From Thraustochytrium aureum (taxonomy: Eukaryota): a stretch of 20,000 nucleotides of DNA. The number at the start of each line of letters is the position of its first letter. Position 1 is the first letter of the stretch. Where the stretch lies: assembly GCA_012862495.1 (NCBI GenBank), contig BLSG01000410.1, forward strand, positions 396,099 through 416,098. The letters run 5' to 3'. The translations under genes were made by a program, and so were the position numbers. The notes below the pieces were generated by a model. It saw only the letters and a program-made list of their open reading frames with translations, was not told where the DNA came from and made no database searches. Shown one piece after another: positions 1-8,800 of the stretch.

Positions 1-1
1 T

Positions 2-2263
2 GCGGTCGGTCTTGTGTGCGCCATTACTGCTGGGCGCTCCGTTGCGGGCATGCTCGTACTCTCGTTCGCGCTTACCTTCTTTGGGTTCATGTACATGTCG
101 AGCTCGCCGCTGCGGCTCCTGCCCTCCGCGCTCGCGGTGATCATGGCCCAGCTGACAATGGGCGACGGCTTTGAGGCGTTCCAGCGAGCGTCCGATACGG
201 CGGTCTGGGACGCCGCGCGCTCTGCAGCGATTCTGCTCCTGGCTGTTGCTACAGCGCTTGTTCCAACGGTAGCGAGCGCGCTCGTCGTGTTCCCCTGGAT
301 GCACACAAATCAGCTTCGACGCCTCCAGGCGAAGCACCTCCGCTTGTTCGGTGAGCTGGTGGAGCGGCTCGGCGACGTGCTCCTGGATCCATCACCGAGC
401 GCGCATTCCGCTTTCCAAGCGGCGCATGCCAAAACGCGCGCAGGTCGAATCCAAGTTTTGTCCTCCTCGTACCCCGCGCGTTGCGAGACGCGATGGCGAT
501 TTGACGGCCTTGGAACGCGCTTCGAGAAACTATACCTCGCCGTGAGGTATGCTTCCAAGACCGTGCAGGGCCTGGCCCTCGTCCTGGAAAAGGCGCACGG
601 ACAAACGCAGAGCGATATGTACCAGGCGGCGCATGTGACCTCCGCGGCAAGCGCGGTGCGCGCCTTTGCGGAGGCCTCAGCGAGGGCTTTGGAGTCGCCA
701 CCAGGTAGCCAAACCAGCGCAGAGACGTTCGCAGCGGCTAGCGCGGCGCACGTTGCGGCTCTCGAAGGCCTGCACGAGCTGCGGGCTGCCCTGCTAGCTC
801 GCTTTGCTCGCGGCGAGTTCCAAGGCGCAGACGCGGGGCTAGTGAGCGCAGTAGCCGTGCTCCTCGACGAGCTCGCCAGGGAGCTGCCGGAAATCGAAGC
901 CGCGCTGGCAGGCGTGTGCTGCGCTGCGCCGCGCTCCGCGGACCTCGGCTTGTGGGCCATTGACTGGCTGTCGACGGTTGACCTGGGCCGGCTCGGCCGA
1001 CCAGGCGCGCTCGCGGTCCAGCCAGCCAGGAAAACATTCGCGAGGTCGACCAAGAGTCACAGCCATGTGTCCAAGCTGCACCGCGGCTTGGCCGCGACCG
1101 CGTCCTCCGACTCGTTTGTCGTGGCTCTCAAGGCTTCTATTGGGACCGTCGCCCTTCTAGCCCCAGCGTACGCCTCCGCGGCGGGCACTGATGTCGCGAG
1201 TAGCGCAACGAGCCTGGCCGTGGGGCTTCGATCTCTTCAGTCTGTCCAGCGACAAAAGCACCTCGGGGCTTGCTTTGAGCGCGCTTGGCAGCGGATCGTC
1301 TCGGCTGTGCTCGCGCTCGGCTATGCAGCGGCCATCGTCGAGGCCACTGCGGCGCTGGGGGCCGGCACGCTGGCGCTTTCGCTGCTGACTGTGCCGCTGA
1401 TTTTCGTCTACCTCGCCAACAAGCACTTCGCTCCCAGGCACCTCTATCTGGGCTTCAGTATTGTCAAAGACGTAATCGTGATCGTCGCTGACCACCTCCT
1501 CGCCTCCAAGGCCAGCCCTGTTTGGCGCACCGGAGGGGTGATCTGCCTCTGGAACGTCGCTGGCGCGCTCATTGGTCTTGCCTTGTGCCCAGTAGGCGTC
1601 CAAGTCTCTGCCAAGCGCTCGCTTCGTCGGCTCGTGGCAAAGGTCGTTGGCGAGTTTGTGCACATCCTTGAGGCTTGCGCTTTCGGGCAGGACACGACTT
1701 CGGCGGAGGACTATTGCTCGCGCATGCTTTTCGCGGCGGCACCAAAACTCCTCGACGGAGCCGCGCGCGAGAGGACCATTGGCATGCCGCACCAGTGGTA
1801 CGCGGACCTGGTCCGAGTCGCCGACCGGCTACTTCACGACTTGTGGTTGATCACCCACGTCGCGGGCCGTTCGCGTCAAGGCACCGGCTCGGCCTCGTTG
1901 GGGGTCGCGCGGCTCGAGCACGCGAGCACCATCGTCGCGCCGTCCTTTTTTATGCTTTCCGCAGCTTTGGAGCGCAACGAGACATTCGGGTTGACGCACC
2001 CCGTTGGGGCTTCTGCGAAGCTTGTCGAGCTCTTGTTGGACGAGGGCAGCGTCGGCGGTGATGTCCCGATGGACCTGGACGGCGACGCGCTCGTGTGCGA
2101 GGCAGACTGGCGCCGCCTCGAAAACTGCGCTGCTCAGTACGTCCTGAGAACTGTGCTTTTACGGATGGCGGAGGACCTTGGCGTGGCCTTTGACCACGTC
2201 GCCGCGAAAGTTGGTGTGCCGCAGTATGCAGGACCTTCAGTTGATAAGGCCAAGCTCGCCTAG
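2..2263 (+). CDS. Polytopic membrane protein, FUSC/aromatic acid exporter (ArAE)/ALMT-like superfamily; 5'-partial
   Basis: Frame is open from the window edge (GCG GTC GGT CTT GTG...) to TAG at 2261-2263. Two hydrophobic helix bundles are each followed by a long helical soluble region. Motif-like segments 'VVFPWMHTNQLRRLQAKHLRLFGELV', 'GACFERAWQRIVSAVLALGYA' and 'VSAKRSLRRLVAKVV' resemble FUSC/ArAE_2 patterns. Family assigned by eye only. Confidence 0.6.
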   Translation, partial: AVGLVCAITAGRSVAGMLVLSFALTFFGFMYMSSSPLRLLPSALAVIMAQLTMGDGFEAFQRASDTAVWDAARSAAILLLAVATALVPTVASALVVFPWMHTNQLRRLQAKHLRLFGELVERLGDVLLDPSPSAHSAFQAAHAKTRAGRIQVLSSSYPARCETRWRFDGLGTRFEKLYLAVRYASKTVQGLALVLEKAHGQTQSDMYQAAHVTSAASAVRAFAEASARALESPPGSQTSAETFAAASAAHVAALEGLHELRAALLARFARGEFQGADAGLVSAVAVLLDELARELPEIEAALAGVCCAAPRSADLGLWAIDWLSTVDLGRLGRPGALAVQPARKTFARSTKSHSHVSKLHRGLAATASSDSFVVALKASIGTVALLAPAYASAAGTDVASSATSLAVGLRSLQSVQRQKHLGACFERAWQRIVSAVLALGYAAAIVEATAALGAGTLALSLLTVPLIFVYLANKHFAPRHLYLGFSIVKDVIVIVADHLLASKASPVWRTGGVICLWNVAGALIGLALCPVGVQVSAKRSLRRLVAKVVGEFVHILEACAFGQDTTSAEDYCSRMLFAAAPKLLDGAARERTIGMPHQWYADLVRVADRLLHDLWLITHVAGRSRQGTGSASLGVARLEHASTIVAPSFFMLSAALERNETFGLTHPVGASAKLVELLLDEGSVGGDVPMDLDGDALVCEADWRRLENCAAQYVLRTVLLRMAEDLGVAFDHVAAKVGVPQYAGPSVDKAKLA

Positions 2264-3089
2264 CACCGTGCAGGTTTCGAGCGTCCAAAGGATGGAGCGC
2301 GCCGCGCACAGTCGCGTGTTCCGGCAGGCGGCGGGCGCGCATCGTTGTCGGCAATCGTTCGGTCCGGGTGGCTGCGGCCACCGCGGCAACTTGAAGATCG
2401 CAGCCTCATCGATCAGAGATGAGCCGGAGCAGAGCCAGCACGACATTACTCAGGTGGTCCATGGTGCGTTGGGGTCCAAGACGACTTGTTGACAAGTTGT
2501 TGTGCACCGTCAGATAACAAAAGAATTGTTTGTCGTGTTGAGTCGAGTGCATTCCGGTCCATTCCGTTTGGCTGAAGCGCACCACCTGACCGTGGCAGCC
2601 ACCTCTCCCCCCCGCGGCAAGAACGCAGCCTCATCGTGATGGCTCGAAATGAGCTCCTTGTCCACAGTCCTTGCGACGTTGTTTGATCAAGAGCACTGCG
2701 TGAAGATCCAGCCTCCTCACCCTTGCCCACCGGCGAGAGCGCGGCTTTCAAGGGAGCAAGCACACCTCATTTGTCGGTCACAAAACAAGCTCGTGCAAGG
2801 TGACTCTTCTTTCTACTCATTATCATTATTAGCGCTATGGCTCGGCGCTATGGCGCTCAGGATCGGTTCGAAAGCCAGCGCTCGGCGCCCCTGCCTCACC
2901 AGGGAGGTAAGTACCGTACTTGCAAACTTACTTGCTGTTTACTGCGTGTGTGCGTGCCACCAAAGCCGCCAGTGGCGCGTGCGCTGTGAAAGCCAGAGTG
3001 ATACCTACTTCCAAGAGGCCAGAATGATGGGTCAAACTTCAAACTTGACTGTGCTCTTTTGGGGCTATTGGGGCTTTGGGGCTTGTGTA

Positions 3090-3410
3090 AAGGGAGGAGA
3101 GCGTGCCCTGTCGCATGCCAGAGGCAAAGCAGAGTTCCGCCTCCGAGTCCTCCGAGTCCTGCTTGCACAAGTCGTTGTGGTTGAGTGCCAGTGGCCCATG
3201 CGCCTCAGCTCAGGCGCTCTACTTTGCGCCGTCGGGCGCAACTCTGACGAATGCACAAGAAAAGCCACTGGCAGAATGGGGCTTGCTCGGCATGGCAGAC
3301 CGCCTTCGACGCGAGCCTGAGGTTGGTCTGCCTCGCTCGCGCGTGTGTGCAAATCAGTGCTCTTCTCAGCTTTCTGATGTCAAGGGAGGAGAGCGTGCCC
3401 TGTCGCATGC
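3090..3410. repeat. Pair of exact 29-bp direct repeats (3090-3118, 3382-3410)
   Basis: AAGGGAGGAGAGCGTGCCCTGTCGCATGC occurs twice, starts 292 nt apart. Confidence 0.95.
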
Positions 3411-3613
3411 ATGCCACACTACAATAAGGAGTCACGTTTCCAGCGGAGTCCAATTGGTACGCTGAGAATCTGAATTCTGAATCTGTCTTGGCCACTGAGG
3501 TGGAGGTGATCGGCGACCAGAACCTCGAGGCAAGGAGGAGGGGTCTACTCTGCCGCACGAGGCCTTTTCGAAGAACACGGCTGACGTTTGCAAGAACGCG
3601 CCCTCCTGCCTCT

Positions 3614-3685
3614 GTGAAAGCGAGCCAAACCGTGAAAGCGAGCCAAACTGTGAAAGCGAGCCAAACCATGAGAGCGAGCCAGTCC
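3614..3685. repeat. 18-bp minisatellite, 4 units
   Basis: GTGAAAGCGAGCCAAACC / ...AAACT / ...AAACC / ATGAGAGCGAGCCAGTCC. Confidence 0.95.
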
Positions 3686-3839
3686 TCGCTCATGACAAGC
3701 CACATGAGGATGAGCCACCACGACAAGGACAACGACCGCTGAGCTCGAGCGGTCTGAAGCAGATCCCAATCGCAAGCAAGCATCCACTTGAAGGCAGGAA
3801 ACGCAGCCCAGCTTTGCCAAAAGAAAACACGACCCCAAA

Positions 3840-4535
3840 ATGAAGTTCATTGCCGTTCTCGCCAGTGGCACGCTCTTCGCGGCTCAAGCCAGCAGCGCGA
3901 GCGACAGCTCCAAGTTCATGTCGTTTCTCCCCAAGAGCACCTCGCCCCGCGCGCCGCTGAACATTCCGTTTGCAATCCAGGGGTCGAGCTGCAACGTGGC
4001 AGCCTTCACGACCTGCATGGCAGCCGCGCAAGCCAAGTACGAGGTCGTGCCCATTGACGACAACCTCAACCAGGACCCAGAGTACTGCCCCAAGTTCCAG
4101 CTGTGGCTAGATGCCGAGAAGGATTGTGCTGTGGTCAACAAGTGCGAGGCCGAGGTTTTCGCTGAGTGCTCGCTTTTTGTCTACGACCAAGGCGTTCAGA
4201 CCAACCCGTACTGCCCGACCATCAAGCTCTGCAGCGACTACGGCGAGTGCAAAATTTCCAACGTGGTGTCCTGCTTTGAAACGACTGAGTTCGAGTATGA
4301 GATTGGTTCATCCAATTGCGAAGTGCAAAAGCTGGAGACGGAGAAAGTTGTGGCCAAGTGCATGTCGTCGTGCCTCGACGCTGCCGAGCAAATCTGTGAC
4401 CTGCAGTCTACTGCTCTTAAATGCGGTTTGGATTGCAAGGCCACTCTGTCGAACGCGCCGAGCTCGTCCGCCCCGGCTGACGTCGTGAGCGTTGCGCTGA
4501 TCACCGCGCTCGCGGGCGTGGTGCTCCGTCAGTGA
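3840..4535 (+). CDS. Secreted, probably GPI-anchored cysteine-rich surface protein (231 aa, 16 Cys)
   Basis: AAAATG start context; signal peptide MKFIAVLASGTLFAAQASSA; 16 Cys; C-terminal small-residue stretch (SNAPSSSAP) then hydrophobic tail VVSVALITALAGVVLRQ; G/C-ending codon bias. Confidence 0.85.
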   Translation: MKFIAVLASGTLFAAQASSASDSSKFMSFLPKSTSPRAPLNIPFAIQGSSCNVAAFTTCMAAAQAKYEVVPIDDNLNQDPEYCPKFQLWLDAEKDCAVVNKCEAEVFAECSLFVYDQGVQTNPYCPTIKLCSDYGECKISNVVSCFETTEFEYEIGSSNCEVQKLETEKVVAKCMSSCLDAAEQICDLQSTALKCGLDCKATLSNAPSSSAPADVVSVALITALAGVVLRQ

Positions 4536-4600
4536 TCTCTCTGCCCGATCCCATCGGTTCAGCATCCTTCGTGGCCTTGCCTCGTACTTACGTAGAGAGA

Positions 4601-5092
4601 NNNNNNNNNNNNNNNNNNNNNNNNNNNNNNNNNNNNNNNNNNNNNNNNNNNNNNNNNNNNNNNNNNNNNNNNNNNNNNNNNNNNNNNNNNNNNNNNNNNN
4701 NNNNNNNNNNNNNNNNNNNNNNNNNNNNNNNNNNNNNNNNNNNNNNNNNNNNNNNNNNNNNNNNNNNNNNNNNNNNNNNNNNNNNNNNNNNNNNNNNNNN
4801 NNNNNNNNNNNNNNNNNNNNNNNNNNNNNNNNNNNNNNNNNNNNNNNNNNNNNNNNNNNNNNNNNNNNNNNNNNNNNNNNNNNNNNNNNNNNNNNNNNNN
4901 NNNNNNNNNNNNNNNNNNNNNNNNNNNNNNNNNNNNNNNNNNNNNNNNNNNNNNNNNNNNNNNNNNNNNNNNNNNNNNNNNNNNNNNNNNNNNNNNNNNN
5001 NNNNNNNNNNNNNNNNNNNNNNNNNNNNNNNNNNNNNNNNNNNNNNNNNNNNNNNNNNNNNNNNNNNNNNNNNNNNNNNNNNNNNNNNNNNN
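4601..5092. other. Assembly gap (N run)
   Basis: Run of N; left edge ends in AGAGAGA. Confidence 1.
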
Positions 5093-5093
5093 G

Positions 5094-5735
5094 GTCAAGC
5101 GCGTCAGCGTACTCGACCTCGGCTCCTTCGCCTGCGAGTGCGACTATGTGCTCCAGTGGTCGGGCGACAGGTCGGTGGAGGCGGTGAGCACGCTCGTGCG
5201 CTCGTTCTTCCAGTTCGCGAGCGAGATCGACGAGGGCGGTGAGTGCTCGCGCGGGCTCGCAAGGTTGTCTCGCTGCTCGCAAGTGCCAGGTCGGCTGACC
5301 TCGCGCTCGCGCCGTGGCCTAGAGGTTTCCAAGGTCAAGTTCTCCTCTGCTACAGAGCCCAAGCCCAGCCGCCACAACCGCAGCCGGAGCAGGACCGGCC
5401 CCGTGCTCAGCGGGGTGCGCAAGGTAAGTTGGGAGGCGCGGCACCTCGGCGTGGGACTGCAGCGGGCTGACGCTGCGCCTCGGCCGCCCCCGCGAATCAA
5501 GGCCCACAACCAGGAAGACATCTACCTGCAGTGCAGGCGCGGCTCGAGCGCGCTGGTCGCCGTATTCGCAAAGTACGCGCCCTCCGAGGAGACGTCCAGC
5601 GCGGTGGACCGCTTCCTCGCATCCGTCGACGCAGCGCACAAGAGCGCCGGCGGCAACGCCGCCTCACTCGAGCGGATGGTCTGCGCATTGATAACAGAGC
5701 ACTTTGGCGTCAGCGAAGAAGAGGTGTTTACATAA
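5094..5735 (+). CDS. Hypothetical protein, C-terminal part (5' end in gap)
   Basis: Frame is open from the gap edge (VKRVSVLDLGSFACECDYVLQWSGD...) to TAA 5733-5735 with G/C-ending codons; convergent with UGGT. AAG|GTAAGT at 5424 could be the donor of an in-frame intron (e.g. to CAG at 5531); unverified. Confidence 0.65.
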   Translation, partial: VKRVSVLDLGSFACECDYVLQWSGDRSVEAVSTLVRSFFQFASEIDEGGECSRGLARLSRCSQVPGRLTSRSRRGLEVSKVKFSSATEPKPSRHNRSRSRTGPVLSGVRKVSWEARHLGVGLQRADAAPRPPPRIKAHNQEDIYLQCRRGSSALVAVFAKYAPSEETSSAVDRFLASVDAAHKSAGGNAASLERMVCALITEHFGVSEEEVFT

Positions 5736-5829
5736 ATAAGACGAAAAAGGGAATGCACAGCATCTTAGGGGGTTTGTACGCGACTGTCTGTTCCGCCGGC
5801 ACCGCACCGCGGGGCATAGCAAGCGGCGT

Positions 5830-5886
5830 ACGGGCTTTGGGCTCACACCTCTTGCCGCACGGGCTTTGGGCTCACACCTCTTGCCG
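5830..5886. repeat. Tandem duplication (28-bp identical copies, 29-bp period) spanning the UGGT stop codon
   Basis: ACGGGCTTTGGGCTCACACCTCTTGCCG at 5830-5857 and 5859-5886. Confidence 0.95.
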
Positions 5887-8800
5887 GCCGCCGATGACGC
5901 CCTTGATCTCCTCGTCGAGCTCAACCCAAGACTGCTCGAAAAGCTCGCCCGAGATCACTCTCTTGGCCATGTCCAGCTTGGGCTCCTTGTGCAGCGGGTT
6001 GTTGCAGAGGTCAATCGTTTTGGACTGCGCCTTGGTGTCGTCGCTGCACCAAGACTCGCACCAGAGCCACTCTTGCGGCAGCGAGTGGATCGGCACCATG
6101 TGCTGCGCATAGTTGGGCAGGTCCTGGTCAAGGTTGGACAGCGAGTTCGGGTCCCGGCTGAGCTGGTCGTAGATGGCACGCAGTCGGTCGCCCACCATCA
6201 TTCGCCTGAAGGCCTTCAGGTCCACCACGTACAGCGCAGAGATGTGGTACGGCCGCCCGCGCAGGTGGTTGCGCCAGTAGGACCCCTTGGCGTCCCAGAA
6301 CCGAAACCCGGCGGTCTCCTCGCGGGAGCGGCAGAACGGCGTGTAGCCGTACGGGCGGCCCTGCAGGTCCAGGTCCCAGAGCTCCTTGAGGTCCGCACGC
6401 ACAACTTGGTCTGCGTCGACATAGATCACCTTCGGCACGTCGAGCGGAAACAGGACGTCGAGAAAGAGGATCTTGTAGCCCCAAATGATGCGCTGCTTTT
6501 CGGTCTGCCGCCGAAGCCAGTGCGGCCACTTGTAGGTGACCAGAGCGTACTGAAACCCGTAGTGCTCTGCGAGGCGCGGCATTGAGCGCTTAAACTCGGG
6601 CGACAAAAAGTTCTCGATGAGCCAAAACTTGACTGGATTATTGCTCCGCTTGCGAACACTCACCATCATGATCCGCAGGAACCGCTCGTACAGCGCTCCA
6701 GAGGCCAGCGAAAAGACGTGGATCGTGTCGTTCACGGAAGACGCCGTCGCCGACGACCCGTGCGAGACGGACATGGCGCCGGCCCCTGGCCCGACGAGTC
6801 CCTGCACGACGAGGTCTTTCAGCCACAGAAACCAACCCGCGAGTCCGCTCGCCCCAGTCGCGGCACCTTCCCCGCCCGGCGGCGCCGCCGCCTCGGCGGG
6901 CGCGTCTGCCTGCGAGCCGGCACCTTGCTCCCCGAGCTTGTCCAGGCTATCGAGGAGCTTGTCCGTCTCTCGGCCGGGCCGCTTGCGCACTGTGAGCTGC
7001 TCGACGTGGCCGGCAAAGTCCCGGATCACGACGCGCTTGCGCTCCACGGAGGCGTCTTTGCCTTTGGCGTTGGCCATCGCGCGCGCGACGCGCCACCAGG
7101 AGGTCGACTCACTGAGCGACGCGCTGGCCTGGATGAGGTACAGGTCGCGGGAGGGGCCCGGAGCGATCTGCAAGTCCCACGAACCCGGCGCGGCCTGTAG
7201 CTGCCAGTAGCCGAGGTTTTGCATGACGAGCGTGTCTGAGCGCACGGCGAGGCCGTCGGCGGGCGACGCGAGCTGCAGCTGCAAGCCGGCTGGCGGCGAC
7301 CGCGACTTGGCGTCCTGGCAGTGACCCGTTACCAGGAGCGACGTGAGCTGGAAGCGCACCGTCCTCGACGCCGACTCCCTCCCAAGCTGGATGTTGTCGG
7401 TATCGAGCCCTTCCGTACTCGCCGTGTACACGATCCAAGGCTCTGGCGTGGACACTTTCAGCGTAAGCAGCTGCTCTTGCGGCATTGCCCTGAACTCGGC
7501 TCTTGGTGACGCGGCCTCCTGCCCCGTCGAGGCCACGAAGCGGAAAAAACTGGAGATGGGGAACGCGTCCAGCGAGGGGTTCGGGGCCAGGATGACCTTG
7601 ATCTCCGCGCCAAGCACGTCGCGCAGCAACAGCAGCACTGCCGCCATCCGCGCCGCGCTAGGGCTGAGCGGATCCACGACCGCTTTGACTGAGAGTATCG
7701 CGGAGCCCTTGCCTGGCGGGCTCGAGATGATGAGGTCCTCTAGCGCCTCTTCGTACTCGCCAAAGTCGAGGTCCTCGCGGCCCACCTGCGCCTGGGCCGC
7801 GGCGGCAGACGAAAGTACCATCAGAAGGTCGGCGGTGGGACTCGTGAGCCCCACAGCTCGCAGCACAGACTCGACCGCGGCTGTGCGGTGCTCTCTCTCG
7901 TGATGGACGAGCATGGCGAGATCGTCCGCGTTCATGCTCACGTCCGCGTCGAGGAGGACGAGGCGGCCGTTGCAGAGCACGGCCGCTGATGCGCCACCCT
8001 GCCGCGGCGCAGCCTCCGCCAGCGCCTGCCCTAAAGAAAGGGCTACAGGAGGCGCAGTCGTCGCTTGGATTTGGCCGGCGAGAGCTGCGCTGACGGCAGC
8101 GATTCGCTCGCCCGCCCCAACTGCACTCTCTCCGTAGAGTGCGTCCCAAAGCGCCGCGAGCCGCGGCGAGGAGGACGCAGGGCCGACCGCAGCGACCCCC
8201 ACGGAACCAGCGCAACGCGCACGGGCTGCGCGGCTTGCTCAGCGGCTTGGGCAAACTTGAGCAACTCTTCAACCCGGGACATGTCCTCTAGCGCCGCGTC
8301 GTCCGCAAGGAGGAGCCACACCGTGACGTCAGGCTCCTCCCGCGGGCCGGTTCAGGTATACGACGTCCTGGACGTTGAGGGGCGCCACGAGCGACACGAA
8401 TACAGACTCCTCCGTTGGCTTGAGGATTGCGGCGTTGCTGCGAGCGATGGCTTTCGTCTCGGCAAGGACGTGCTTGAATACGTCAGTTCGCGCTGTCACC
8501 TGGCCGAGGTGGACTTGGTACGCGAGGGCGCGCTGCTCCATGAAGACTTGCTGCGAGATCTGCGCTTGGAACGTTTCGAAACCCGGGAAGACCAGGCCGT
8601 TAAGCGACCAGAATGGGGCCTTTAGGCCCTTGCTCCTAATGTACGCTCCCATTTTCGATGCGGTCGCGGCCGCGGCTTGCCCAACAACTGCCTCCGCCGC
8701 AATGGCGACATACTCGCTGTGAGATTTGCGTTTTTCAGCACCGGTTTCCGCCACCGAGATCTTTGCGAACGCCTGCAGCGCATCCTCTACAGCGTTTGCC

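Noticed and set aside
2649..3320. 223-aa ORF in the intergenic island
   Set aside because: Lacks the G/C-ending codon bias of the real genes, has no motifs, and runs through repeats.
3090..3410. CRISPR-like reading of the 29-bp repeats
   Set aside because: Only two copies, a 263-bp interval, eukaryotic context and no cas genes.
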